Source: Eledone cirrhosa
Taxonomy: Eukaryota
DNA: 64,000 bases
Direction: 5' to 3'
NCBI GenBank assembly: GCA_964016885.1
Contig: OZ024743.1
Coordinates: forward strand, 23,436,001-23,500,000
This document shows, piece after piece, positions 26,147 through 37,770 of the stretch. Both the position numbers and the translations under genes were made by a program. Each line of letters starts with the position of its first letter. Position 1 is the stretch's first letter. Under the pieces are notes generated by a model, which saw only the letters and a list, made by a program, of their open reading frames with translations, was not told the DNA's origin and did no database searches.

Positions 26147-29100
26147 TTACAGACACATACTCAGAGAAGGCCCATTCATTCGGGCCATACTTGCTTCTCT
26201 CACCCATCTTTCAACAAAATGCTGGGAAGAGAGCACTTCCCTCTCTACCCTGATTTTCCTTTTCAAATGAAATTTGAAAAAGTTAATCAGGGCATCACCG
26301 AAGAGGTAAGTGCTCGTCTTCAGCCCTTTCAAACGTGTCCACCATACTATCTCTTTCGCCATGGCCACCAGACAGATAAAAACTGTCTGCCCTTCCAGGC
26401 TAAAGGAAGGGGGCGGGGCAATCCTCACGATGGACTCAGCTGATAGCTGGATCCGTCCTACACGTGACAGCAGGTATTCAACATAAACCCACAAGTCAGC
26501 AATGCTCGGACACTGGACGAGTGCGTGCAGGACGGTTTCGTCGCCCTGCGCGCATCTCGGACATGCCCGGCTGACGGCATCTCCATGCCTGTAGAGTTTA
26601 TCCCGAACTGGCAAAGCTCCTCGGTAGCACTGCCAGGCCAGGGATTTCTGGAAGTTGTCCATAGGCCCCGGCCCGAAAGTCCTTCCGAAGAGATTGGCTA
26701 GTTGATTTTCGTCGACGCCTAGAGTTTCTCCAAGTACGTCGTCGCTCTTCCCCTCCACTAATCCCCTATAGAACGCCAAGGTGGAGTTTCCACCGATCAC
26801 ATTGCCCGATTGGTCGAGGGCTGTGAGCGCCTGAAGACATTCCAGTCTCCAAGCGCTCCCTCTCGGTCTTCGCTTGACCCAGGACTGCAGCTCCGTCAAG
26901 GAGACGAGCTGGGGAAAAACGTTTCTTGCAAACGGCGACCACACCTGATCACCGTCGAGGAAGAGGTGGAGATGTCGTAGCCTGAGCGCGTGTCTGCGCA
27001 TCATCAGCCACGGCATGCCCAGCCCTCCACGTAGCGGGTGTTGACAGCAGATGGACCGCCTGACCATCGGAGCGCGTCCCTTCCACAAGAAGCGAAAGAG
27101 CAAACGCTCCAGCGCAGTCAGGCGGGGCTTAGGACAAGGTACGACGGTCAGGCGGTAGTAGATGACGGATGCGATGTACGCATTCGCCACCTCCGCTCGA
27201 CCTTTCAGGGATAGCTTCCTCTCGGCCCATTTCTGGGTGAGAGAAGCCACCCTGCTCGTCACCTCGTCCCAGTTTTTGTCCGTCTGGAGGTCTGGACCGA
27301 ACCAGGCCCCTAGCAATTTAACCGGTCCGTCCGTCCAGCGCCCGACGACGCTGTTGGACGGCATGGACCTGCCTCTCCAGGTGCCGAGCTGCAGGCCCAC
27401 TGACTTTTCCTGGTTGATCATTGCTCCTGTCACCGCTTCGTATTCTCTTAGTGTAGTGCCGATCGCCTCGATGTGTTTGGCGTTCGACACCACTACGGTG
27501 ACATCGTCGGCATATGCTGACACGGATCTTCCGCATCCTAGTTCGCGCGGGACCCCCCTCAACGTCTCCAGTTTGTGCAGTAATGGCTCGAGAGTCAATA
27601 CGTACAATAGGGACGAGAGGGGACATCCTTGGCGGACCGAGCGCATGATGTTGAACGGTTCCGAAAGGTGACCGTTCACTCTCACTACAGAGCAGATGTC
27701 GCTGTGCATGGCAGCGATCCAGCCTCTGAAGACGGGCCCAAAGCCAGCCGCCCTCAGGACTGCCGTTAGGTAACGATGGTCGACCCTATCGAAGGCTTTC
27801 GACTGATCTAAATTGATCAAAGACCCACCTGTGCCAGGTTCCCTAGCTACCCTCTCTACGATGTATCGCATGAGGTGGAGGTTGTCGTGGATGGATCTGT
27901 CGGGAATGGCGCATGTCTGTGCCTCTCCCATCAGACCACCAACGACAAGCGCCAACCTCTTTGCTAGCACCTTGGCCAAAATCTTGAACTCTGTGTTTAG
28001 CAGAGTTATGGGCCGGAAATTGTCTATGTTATCCCCCTTGTTCGGATCCTTTCTCAGCAGTGCCACCGCTCCTCGGCTTACAGAACTGGGAATTCTCCCG
28101 TTCTGTTGCCAGTTGCAGTAGACGTCCGCCAAGAGGCCTCCGAACAAGTCTGGCATCTGTACGTAAAGTTCATAGGGCAGACCATCCAAACCAGGTGATT
28201 TACCCCGTGTGCAGCCAGTCATTGCCTCCCTTACTTCAGCGGCTGTTATCGGCTTTTCGCAACACTTCGCCTCAGTGGCCGAGAGCCGCGGCAGTCCGTC
28301 GAGGTAGACACTAAAGTCCATCCCTCTACCCGGCCCCCCGCTGCCCCCGAACAGCTGAGCGAAGTGTCGCTGAAAAGCTTCACACATTTGCCCGGGATCG
28401 AGTAGCATGCGCCCGTCGTGGTCCACCAAAGACCGGATCGTGGCTTTGTTGCCACGACGCGCCTCCGCCACTCGGGCCCATTGAACGGCTTTCGTCCCCT
28501 CGTGTCTGAGAGCACGCACCCTAGCTCTGACAACGCAGCCTTCGTGCTTTGCATTGAAGAATTGGTCAAGGGCCAATTTCGCCGCAAGCACGTCGGTCGC
28601 AATGCCTTTGCTAAGCGCCTCATCTAATTTTCTAACTAGTTCTCCCTCTGCTCTATTTTTCTCTATTGCTAAAGCCTTACTAAACCTAATCGATTCTATT
28701 CTAATCGCTCTTTTCAGAGCAAACCACCACTTGTTGTTGACGATGGCCCCCGTCAACGCCCGCTTAACTAGTTCGCTAATCCGGTCTCTGTAGGCCTTGC
28801 GCGCTGGTAAGGACGCGTTTAGCTTCCAGTAGCCGGGTCCTCGTCTATGAAGCCTATCTAGGTCAAGCACACAGATCACGAATTTGTGGTCCGTGTAGCT
28901 GACTATCTTGAATTGTGGACAGCCTATGCTAGACCTATCTATTTCCCTACAAAATACTCTATCTAGATATGATCTGGATGACCCTATGCGGTTTGTCCAA
29001 GTCCACATTGGCACATTCGGGAAATCCAATCGGTACCTGTCAGACAGTTCAAAACGCCTGAGCAGGTTGGTGAGGCTCTTGCACCCTCCACCCCTATCCG

Positions 29101-29566
29101 CTAATCCCACACAGTCCCAGCGTGCATCTAAGATCCCGTTCCAGTCGCCCACTAACACTAAAGAGCGGGACGTTCCAAGAAAGGTCTCCAGACGCCGGAA
29201 GAAATCAGGCCGCCCTGCTCCTGTCGGGGCATAGACGGCCACTAGCCTGAAAGCTTGCCCGTCTCCGCTGGTCACGTCCAGCACCACCAGCTTACCCTCT
29301 GGGTCCAGGAAGATGGCCCGTATGGCGAGATCCAAACCTCTCCGAAAAAGTACAGCAACTCCTCCACCGGATCCAGGACGGCTGGGAGATGCGTACACAT
29401 CGTAGCCGCCGAAGATCGGTGCGAAGGCCCGTGCTTCGGAGATTCTGGTCTCGCTGATGGCCACTACATCTATGTTTAGTGACCTGAGGTCGTTGAGCAG
29501 GTGACCCTGCTTCCATGACGACCCCAAGCCACGCGCATTTATGCTGCCTATTCTGAGTGAGGTCAT
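26147..29566 (-). CDS. LINE ORF2: APE endonuclease, reverse transcriptase, C-terminal zinc finger (1139 aa)
   Basis: SINARGL, ISET, VYAP, GDWN, YLDR, TDH; KSPGLDG, FRPITLLN, LDQSKAFDRV, QGCPLS, YADD; CPRC..ETVLHALVQC. Confidence 0.97.
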   Translation of the reverse strand: MTSLRIGSINARGLGSSWKQGHLLNDLRSLNIDVVAISETRISEARAFAPIFGGYDVYASPSRPGSGGGVAVLFRRGLDLAIRAIFLDPEGKLVVLDVTSGDGQAFRLVAVYAPTGAGRPDFFRRLETFLGTSRSLVLVGDWNGILDARWDCVGLADRGGGCKSLTNLLRRFELSDRYRLDFPNVPMWTWTNRIGSSRSYLDRVFCREIDRSSIGCPQFKIVSYTDHKFVICVLDLDRLHRRGPGYWKLNASLPARKAYRDRISELVKRALTGAIVNNKWWFALKRAIRIESIRFSKALAIEKNRAEGELVRKLDEALSKGIATDVLAAKLALDQFFNAKHEGCVVRARVRALRHEGTKAVQWARVAEARRGNKATIRSLVDHDGRMLLDPGQMCEAFQRHFAQLFGGSGGPGRGMDFSVYLDGLPRLSATEAKCCEKPITAAEVREAMTGCTRGKSPGLDGLPYELYVQMPDLFGGLLADVYCNWQQNGRIPSSVSRGAVALLRKDPNKGDNIDNFRPITLLNTEFKILAKVLAKRLALVVGGLMGEAQTCAIPDRSIHDNLHLMRYIVERVAREPGTGGSLINLDQSKAFDRVDHRYLTAVLRAAGFGPVFRGWIAAMHSDICSVVRVNGHLSEPFNIMRSVRQGCPLSSLLYVLTLEPLLHKLETLRGVPRELGCGRSVSAYADDVTVVVSNAKHIEAIGTTLREYEAVTGAMINQEKSVGLQLGTWRGRSMPSNSVVGRWTDGPVKLLGAWFGPDLQTDKNWDEVTSRVASLTQKWAERKLSLKGRAEVANAYIASVIYYRLTVVPCPKPRLTALERLLFRFLWKGRAPMVRRSICCQHPLRGGLGMPWLMMRRHALRLRHLHLFLDGDQVWSPFARNVFPQLVSLTELQSWVKRRPRGSAWRLECLQALTALDQSGNVIGGNSTLAFYRGLVEGKSDDVLGETLGVDENQLANLFGRTFGPGPMDNFQKSLAWQCYRGALPVRDKLYRHGDAVSRACPRCAQGDETVLHALVQCPSIADLWVYVEYLLSRVGRIQLSAESIVRIAPPPSFSLEGQTVFICLVAMAKEIVWWTRLKGLKTSTYLFGDALINFFKFHLKRKIRVEREVLSSQHFVERWVREASMARMNGPSLSMCL

Positions 29567-29601
29567 GTTTAAAATAGAGTGGAAAAGATGGGAAAGACCA
29601 C

Positions 29602-31731
29602 TTACCGTACTTTTGGTAGAGGAGGGATGGTTTTTCCATCCCTTTTCACTTGATCGTCTGGTGAAGGGACCGTTGAATCGTCCCTTCGGCTGGTCGTTGG
29701 CTCTTCTAAGAGAATGTCTGAGTATACTCTTCGATTGATGGTTCCTCCTAGGTCCCTGAAATCACCAACTGCGTTGGGGAATTTCGTTTTAATATTTGTG
29801 TATTGTTTCTGTGCTATTTTTAGCAGTCTTATGTTAGTTGGCGTTTTGATTGGTGCTGGTATTATGTAGTCCTGTTGTGAAATGTCTGTGTGTTCAATTA
29901 TGTAAGTCATTAGTTTCTTGTTGTGTGTATTTATTGCCGTGCATTTGTTTTTCTGGGGGTGGGGTGTGGTTCTGCTATTTTCTTGTCGTTGTTGCTGGGT
30001 GTGTGTGTTTTGTTGTTGTGTTTGCGATGTTGGTGCTTGTGGTGGTGGTGTTGAAGGTGTTGTTGGCGGTGGGGTTGTCGCCGGTGGTGATGGTGGTGCT
30101 GGTGTGGGTGGTGATGGTGTTGGTGGTGTTGCTGCTGTGGGTCTCTTTGCAGTAGACTTTACCCTTTTCTCATTTCTTTCCTCCCTTTTCAAAGGCGACG
30201 ATGCGCTGCTTCTGCGTTTGTGCCTTCTTGCGACCTTTTGCCATCCCTCTCCCACCTCACACTCCATGTCTGATTCTGTAAGGTCGGGGAGGGGTACCAG
30301 CTCCACTCTTTCACTTGTTGTTGTTGGTGATGTTTGCACTGGAGTCTCTGTTGCAGCTGCATTTGGTATTGCTGTTGTTGTTGTTAATATTTCCACTGCT
30401 GCTGCTGTCTTTGATTTCCGTGGAGTGGGTATGGGTGCCACGGACCTATCGTTCCTGGTTGCCGCTTGTCCTGTTGCTGGTAGCCGTGGAGCCGGATTCG
30501 GAAGGAGGGGGGTTTTCTCCTTTCTCAGGGTCTTCTCGTTGCAGAAGGCCCTGAGGTGAGTCTTCGATCCACAGCGAAAGCATTTCGGGCGTTTGCCCTC
30601 AACACTTATGGGCAGTTGAGTGCCGTTATCGAAGTCTATCACATCCGGGATAGCTTCGATGCACTCCTGGTTGGTTTGGATTAGCATCTCAATGGAGGAG
30701 CCGACCCAATCTTCTCTTACTTTTTTCTGTACTTGCAGTACAGTTGTTTTGTCCTCGATTCCGACGAGGACAGACGCGGCCAGCCAAGAAGGGGTCATTC
30801 CGGGGGGGACGTGGGTCAGTTTGACCCTCACAATTTTTTGCCCGCAGTAGGAGGGCACCAACACCATTTCCTCGCTCCTTAGGGTCACTACTGATTGGGC
30901 CTTTGCCTCCTGGGGTGTGGCAAAAAGTACGTCTACGGTGGCGTATTTTTTGCCTCGGGTGATGTGCGTTTTCCTCTGCCACACAGACCCCAAGGCTTTT
31001 TGTATTTGGGCCTCTGTGGCTCTTTCCACCCTACGGGATTTTGTACTTACTGTACGGTACGTGACCGTACAGTGCTCTTGGGTTTCGAAAAAATTTTTCG
31101 CTGCCTTGCAGATTGCTCGGTGTCCGTTCTTTGTCACCATCTTCTTCGCTTCCTCTAATTCCTCATTTGTTATGAGGATTGTTTCCAAGTTTTTCGCAAT
31201 ACCTGCAAATGAGATTGGTTTTTCTCTGCTGTTGTTGTTGTCGTCAGAGCTGCTGGTACTTTTGTTGTTGCTGCAGGTACTACGACTACTGCCTCCGCCG
31301 CTGTTGCTGTGGTTGTTGTTGGTGTTGCTGCTGCTAATGCTGTTGTTGTTTATGCTGTTGGTGATGCTGTTGCGGCTGCTACTGTTGTTTTCATTGTCAC
31401 TGTTGCTGTTGTTATTACGGCTGCTACTGCTATTATTCCTGACGTCAGACGAATGAACTGGGTTTTCGTATTTCCCGCACACCTGTTTCGTCGCTGTCGT
31501 CGTCGTCGTGGAGAAACCTTGCACGCTTTGCACGAGACTTTTCTTTTCTTTCGTCGCTTGCGAAAGAGAAGGGAGGGAGAGAGACACATTTAAAGAAGGG
31601 AGGGAGAGAGACAATCTTCTCTCTGCTGTAGTGATGATTGAGGAAGAAGAAGACGGAATGAGTGGGAGTGACGTATGAAATTTCTTTTTCGTAGCCATGT
31701 TTTTTTGTTTAAAATGAAATTTTGGGTACAA
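29602..31731 (-). CDS. LINE ORF1 (up to 709 aa; one CCHC knuckle; Asn/Ser- and Pro/Thr-rich segments)
   Basis: CFRCGSKTHLRAFC = CX2CX4HX4C; ORF ends 35 nt before ORF2; true start probably the ATG of MATKKK. Confidence 0.9.
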   Translation of the reverse strand: MYPKFHFKQKNMATKKKFHTSLPLIPSSSSSIITTAERRLSLSLPSLNVSLSLPSLSQATKEKKSLVQSVQGFSTTTTTATKQVCGKYENPVHSSDVRNNSSSSRNNNSNSDNENNSSSRNSITNSINNNSISSSNTNNNHSNSGGGSSRSTCSNNKSTSSSDDNNNSREKPISFAGIAKNLETILITNEELEEAKKMVTKNGHRAICKAAKNFFETQEHCTVTYRTVSTKSRRVERATEAQIQKALGSVWQRKTHITRGKKYATVDVLFATPQEAKAQSVVTLRSEEMVLVPSYCGQKIVRVKLTHVPPGMTPSWLAASVLVGIEDKTTVLQVQKKVREDWVGSSIEMLIQTNQECIEAIPDVIDFDNGTQLPISVEGKRPKCFRCGSKTHLRAFCNEKTLRKEKTPLLPNPAPRLPATGQAATRNDRSVAPIPTPRKSKTAAAVEILTTTTAIPNAAATETPVQTSPTTTSERVELVPLPDLTESDMECEVGEGWQKVARRHKRRSSASSPLKREERNEKRVKSTAKRPTAATPPTPSPPTPAPPSPPATTPPPTTPSTPPPQAPTSQTQQQNTHTQQQRQENSRTTPHPQKNKCTAINTHNKKLMTYIIEHTDISQQDYIIPAPIKTPTNIRLLKIAQKQYTNIKTKFPNAVGDFRDLGGTINRRVYSDILLEEPTTSRRDDSTVPSPDDQVKRDGKTIPPLPKVR

Positions 31732-32367
31732 AACCCCAATAACTGGTTATTTAACCCCGAAGGGCCAAATAACGGACAGAAAGACCCCTCTCACGAGGAG
31801 GAGGGTGTCTTTATCAACAATTTGGTTCAAGTTTTAAACAATTTACAATTGTTTTAACGGTTAAAAATTACTATACCTTACAGAGCCGAGCCTCCGTCAA
31901 CCATGGCATTCAATAATAATAATAATAATAATAGTACACTATTAATAATTATTAATGCACTCGTGCAATTCCTGTGCGTGACGAATATTTTTAAAGTGAG
32001 GAAAGACTGTGCACTGAGCAAATCCTACTCTCTGAGCGACAGTAGCTATAACCCGAAAAGAAGAAAAGATCAACATCATCGGTAACTAGTGAGCCGCAGG
32101 TTTTATGTCAGAGTTAACCCAGTTTCCTGAGATGCCTTCTCCTAGAAGAATGCCCTGACAAGGGCTAGGAGTTCTTCACTCCCAGTGGTTTAACTGCGCG
32201 ATCCGGCATCCAGCCCGATTATTTCTATGTCCCCGCGCAAAAAAAAAAAAAAAAAAAATCACTTATTGACACTTATACGTACGACATACGCACACGCGCA
32301 AACATATGCGCGCGCACAGCAACACTCATACATACAAACAAACACACACACGCTACTCTACTCACTT

Positions 32368-32463
<96 letters not shown>

Positions 32464-32594
32464 CCGTCGTTACTGATACAAGATTACAAGATTATGTCAA
32501 CTGTTGACTTTCAAGAGTTTGTATAGTTGAAGCCGATCGTACTACAGTCCAGTATTATTATAATTGCTTTACAGCATAGAGTCACGGCCCTCCA

Positions 32595-32715
32595 CGCTCT
32601 GAGCTCAAATCCCGCCGAGGTCAACCTTGCCTTTCATCCCCACGGAGTCAACAAAAGAGAGTACCAGTGATGCGCTGGATCAGTCGCTGGATCCGTGCCA
32701 AAAGCAGAAAAATTA
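32595..32715 (+). mobile_element. Diverged SINE copy
   Basis: ctgagctcaaatcccgccgaggtcaaccttgcctttcatcc. Confidence 0.7.
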
Positions 32716-33486
32716 TTATTAAAGTTGTTTTCTTAAGGCCCGGTCGCTGGTGATGGTGATGGCGGCGGCGGTGGCGGTGGTGGTGGTGGTGGCAGTTGAT
32801 GTTGTTGTTGTGTTGTGTGCGTATGTGTGTCTGTTTTGTTATTTTGAGGTTTTTTTTTTTTTTTCTTCTTTTTCTTTTTTTTTATCTTTTGATGCCGCTG
32901 TTGTTGTTGTTGTTGTAAATGTTCATTTCAGTTCATTCTGAAGCTGTTGTTGCTGTAAACATTAGTACCGGTGTTGTTGTAGATGTTGGGGTTGAAATCT
33001 GGTCGTTTGACTGAGTGATGTATATACACACATATACATACATATATATATATATACACATTCAACAGAGAGTAGAGAGTTTGACAACAGGTCGATGACT
33101 TTAGTCTAGATAGGGTAATGACATGTGATGGTGGGGAGAGAGTGTAGAAGTTATTGTGGTGGCGGGGGGACAGTGCGATGTATCTAGTTCATTTGTCCGT
33201 TTTCTTCTCTTTGCAAAATTTGAATTTTAGCCATGTTATATTGAGATGTAAGTAAATGTAAAATGTAAAATATAAATAAGGATTGCTCTGCTAAAATATA
33301 CTAAAATATTTGTGTAACTTCCACAAACTTCTGTCGTGACATTCCCGAGTCCAGTGACCAGCAAATTGTTGTATTTTGATGTTTCAGAATACAAAAATTA
33401 ATTAAAAACTTACCCCACGAAAAGACAGCGTGTGTTGTCCTATCTATAAGCTCCCTCATACATACATACATACATACATACATACA

Positions 33487-33570
<84 letters not shown>

Positions 33571-33655
33571 AAAGTTTTATTTAAGATTGTTGGGTTACAA
33601 CGAGTAAATATTTTATAACTGATATAAAAGCACTCAACAGTTTCTGGAGTAGGTT

Positions 33656-33987
33656 TACGATATTAAACAAATGGAAACTATATTTATAAAACCATATTTA
33701 TTTCGTTATATATATTTCTGGGATATCATATTAAAAATATGTTATGCCTTCCTCAGACAAAATACAATACATAAGCTGTTTTATAAATAATTAGTGACAT
33801 ACCTTGTAATAATGCAACTTCCTTTTAAAAAAGTTGATACAAGGTATGTCACTAATTATTTATAAAACAGCTTATGTATTGTATTTTGTCTGAGGAAGGC
33901 ATAACATATTTTTAATATGATATCCCAGAAATATATATAACGAAATAAATATGGTTTTATAAATATAGTTTCCATTTGTTTAATATC

Positions 33988-33990
<3 letters not shown>
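33656..33990. repeat. 153-bp inverted repeat carrying a hammerhead in each arm
   Basis: 33656-33808 is the reverse complement of 33838-33990 with no mismatch seen; 29-nt spacer. Confidence 0.95.
33882..33947 (+). ncRNA. Type I hammerhead (mirror copy on the minus strand at 33699-33764)
   Basis: tattttgt-CTGAGGA-...-GAAA-tatata-TA-acgaaata; homologous to 10396-10456. Confidence 0.7.
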
Positions 33991-34052
<62 letters not shown>

Positions 34053-34093
34053 AGAAAATAGAGAATCAGTGTTGCGACGAAAGGAATTTATTG

Positions 34094-34188
34094 GACATAT
34101 TACAATTGTTTCTCGGGCGACCAGCTGGAGGTACGATCGATGTGGTGATCAAACCTGACTCTGAAATCGCGCGGTCCTCGGATACGTC
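34094..34188 (-). ncRNA. Hammerhead-like motif with U4>C change and long stem II
   Basis: gacgtat-CCGAGGA-...-GAAA-caattg-TA-atatgtc; 7-bp stem I and palindromic ACAATTGT. Confidence 0.6.
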
Positions 34189-34219
34189 TCGATTCCAAGA
34201 AGCAGATATATATAGAGCG

Positions 34220-34540
34220 TAGACTAGTTGAGAGAGAAACTTCTATAAGAGGAATAGGCTGTAATTTGTAGGAGAGAAGACTGCAGTGGTATGGACATGT
34301 GATGCGCATGGAGGATGACCGCTGGGTAAAGAAGTTCCAAGAAATCCCAGTAGAAGGAAAAAGCAGTCGAGGAAGACCACGAAAAAATTGGGCAGAGGTG
34401 GTGAGAGCAGACCTCAGATCGCTGAAGCTCACGGGGGAGATGACAAATGACTGTGACGAATGAAGAAATGCCATGCTTAATAAGATCCGTCCCACCCTTG
34501 CAAGCAGGAAAAACCGAACGTAAAATGATGATGATGATGG
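34220..34540 (+). mobile_element. RTE-clade LINE 3' fragment with (GAT)n tail
   Basis: RRLQWYGHVMRMEDDRWVKK..RGRPRKNW; shorter copy at 19545-19675. Confidence 0.85.
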
Positions 34541-35067
34541 TGATATATATGTATGTAAAAGGTAAACAGAAATAACAACACAATCGGTACATATATTTTT
34601 TTTCCACCTACATCCACAAAACGTATAAACACCAACACACACGTGCGTACCCCCACATATATACACACTCAGCCTCCGGAATCCCCCCCACCCCTCTGAC
34701 CCCTTCCCATCCACACGCACACGCACACAAACCTACACCCCACCCCACATACACACCTTTTCCTGAACATGGAACCTCGTTCTTCCCCCAACTCTCACAT
34801 TCACATACACACACACACGTACACCTACACATATACACAAACACCACCTTCAGCCCTCCCCGCTCTGACACCCCGCCTCCCTCTCCCCACTCCACCCGCC
34901 ACTACCTCTACACGCCCCACACCCTTCCACCACTAGTTTATTTTCATGTTTATTTATATTTTTATTTTTATTTGTACCCCTTCCACCGCCCCCCCCCTTT
35001 TTCTTCTAAATGTCTCTCCACCACTCCCCCACGCACCCTCGGAACTCTCTTCCCACCCACTTTTCTC

Positions 35068-35098
35068 CTGAAGAAGGGCTTATGCCCGAAACGTCGTC
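35068..35098 (+). ncRNA. Partial hammerhead core
   Basis: CTGAAGA-a-gggc-ttat-gccc-GAAA-cgtc; no stem I partner seen. Confidence 0.45.
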
Positions 35099-35179
35099 GC
35101 CCCCCTCCCCCACTCTCAAGAGCGTGAAATTAATAAACTTCGTTTGTACTGCCTCTCTGTTTTGTTCCCCTTCCATTTT

Positions 35180-35238
<59 letters not shown>

Positions 35239-35325
35239 GTAGGTCCCGGGTTGAGTCGGGGATAACCACGGTAAGTAAGGTACTCAATACATAGCAGAGT
35301 AAAAAAAATTTCATTGTATAGAAGG

Positions 35326-35376
35326 AGCTTCTACAGGACTAGTACTGTTTCATTCAGATGAAATCTTCAGGAAGCT
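35326..35376 (-). ncRNA. Type I hammerhead, complete
   Basis: agcttc-CTGAAGA-tttcatctgaat-GAAA-cag-tactagtc-ctg-TA-gaagct. Confidence 0.8.
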
Positions 35377-35937
35377 GGGTGTTATATTAAGTTCTGGTAT
35401 TTATACATTTAGGTAGTGGCAAGGGAGGGTGGTGGATGGGGGGTGGGGGGGGGGGTTATTTAGATACACAGGACCACTACATGGCACAGGCCGTTTTTTC
35501 TTTGGGGAGTGGTCAATTAGCCAGAGTGCTTTTTTGAAATAAATAAATAAGTAAATAAATAAATAAATAAATGAATAAATAGATAAATGAATAAATAAAT
35601 AAAAAAATAAATAAAAAAAATAAATAAATAGGGCGGTGCCCCAGCATGGCCTCAGCCGGATGGCTGAAACAGGTAAAAGAGTAAATAAAAACCCCAAGAA
35701 TAGTAATTCAACAAATATATAGTAGGGAAATTTGTTTAGGTGGGTTGGTAATAGAAGATAAACAAGACCGAATCATGGCACAGACTGAGGTGAGTGGTCA
35801 AGTTAACATACAAGCCACAGGTGGCCAGAGTGTTTTTGTAGAATGGAAAGAATATTTACATACTCACAACCACATACATAAACACTTACACACACATATA
35901 TATATATATATACATACATATAGTTTTAATATAGATG

Positions 35938-35988
35938 AGATTCTACAGGACTAGAACTGTTTCATTCTTTAGAAATCATCAGGAATCT
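35938..35988 (-). ncRNA. Type I hammerhead, complete
   Basis: agattc-CTGATGA-tttctaaagaat-GAAA-cag-ttctagtc-ctg-TA-gaatct. Confidence 0.8.
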
Positions 35989-36013
35989 GGGTATCATACA
36001 TACATACATACAT

Positions 36014-36044
<31 letters not shown>

Positions 36045-36115
36045 CAAGAAAAAACACAAACACACAAATATACACACACACACATATATATATCTACACA
36101 TACACACGTGCGCAT

Positions 36116-36157
<42 letters not shown>

Positions 36158-36387
36158 ATGTATGTATGTCTCTCGGTATAAACTATACTATACATACATA
36201 TACATACATATGCACACACATACATACATACACATACATACACACACACACAAACACATACATACACACATATATACATATATACATATACACTCATCCA
36301 CACACATAGATATATATACACACACACACAAACACATACATACACACATATATACATATATACATATACACTCATCCACACACATAG

Positions 36388-36492
<105 letters not shown>

Positions 36493-36864
36493 TATATACA
36501 TACACATACACATATACAAGCACACACGCATACATACACATACATACATACAAATAAGTACACATAAACACATATGTACAAAGACGCACTCGTTCGCACA
36601 CATACATGTGTCTATAATATAATGGGAAAAGGTAGTGGGACAAATTTTAAACTGGGCCTGATAGAGGATTAAAATAATTAATATCACTACTAAGTTATTA
36701 ATATTATCATCAAGTAATTAATTACTATTTATTATTTACTATTTACCATTCACTATTCGTTACCTTTTATCTATTCATTACCTAATCATTCACTCATTAA
36801 TTAATAAATAAATGAATAAGTTAACTAACAAACAAACAAACAAACAGATAAACAAATAAACAAG

Positions 36865-36895
<31 letters not shown>

Positions 36896-36925
36896 ATAGA
36901 TAAATAAATAAATAAATAAAGTAAC

Positions 36926-36956
<31 letters not shown>

Positions 36957-37249
36957 ATATACAAATAAATAGGTAAATAAATCTCGAACGTGTGCGTGCA
37001 GCAGTTCATAACTGCACGTATGCAAACATGAGCAGGTATATACGTGAATTTGTGTGTGTGGCCACGGAACTTTACTCAGAGGCATACAACACAATATATA
37101 AGACCTGGAGGGGAGGAAAGAAGGTAATAATGAGAGGTAGAGGGGAGGAAAGAAGGTAATAATGAGAGATGGAGGGACGGAAGTGGGATGGGGTACGGGG
37201 GTGGGGTGGTGATATGGGGGGGGGGGCAGTCGGGGGCCCGGGGGGGTCT

Positions 37250-37770
37250 GTAGTTTTTGTAATTTGCATAGTTCTTGTGCATGCAATTAGGGGAGTGTTC
37301 CGAGATCTTGTTGAGGAGAGGGCCTTTGGCGAATAGAATCTCATAGCTCTCGGAGATACAGAGATCACAGCAATTATGGCCTCCCGTGTAGGATCGCGCT
37401 CTCTGGAGTAGTCTCCATTGGGTCTTGAAGGAGATGGAGTTCCTTTTAAGGTGCCAGATGTGGGCGGCGAGTGTAGTTTGGTTAGATTTGTCTGGGCGCC
37501 GGAACGAATGTGTGTGGGCGTACCAGCGAGTCTTAATACTGTTAGAAGTCATCCCGATGTACGAGTTTCTTTTTTCATCGGGGCCTGTGAGTACATCGCA
37601 TATATAGACGAGATCTTTTTTTAAACAGTTGTTGTTGAGAGGGCAGGTAGTCTTATCAGGGCAATTGCAATTGCCATCGGTTGCTGGATGGGCTTCGGAA
37701 AAAGTAGACTTATTTAGCTTCTTGATGTTATTGTTGGCTATATATATTAATTTGAAGAACGTCAGTTTTC
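37250..37770 (-). mobile_element. PLE C-terminal GIY-YIG endonuclease fragment
   Basis: CNCPDKTTCPLNNNCL..VY..YIGMT..KTRW..H..SF..TTLAAHIW.LK..CDLCISE..LLNK. Confidence 0.9.

Larger units (their letters stand above)
25903..31911 (-). mobile_element. Tx1/L1-like LINE copy B (full length, intact ORFs)
   Basis: Same 5' end as copy A (gaatgccatggttgacgg), ORF1+ORF2, AATAAA, flanked by (AAT)6 and (AAT)7. Confidence 0.95.

Noticed and set aside
21128-31593. Antisense and alternative-frame ORFs inside the LINEs
   Set aside because: Shadow frames of GC-rich or low-complexity coding sequence; their recurrence only reflects the two copies.
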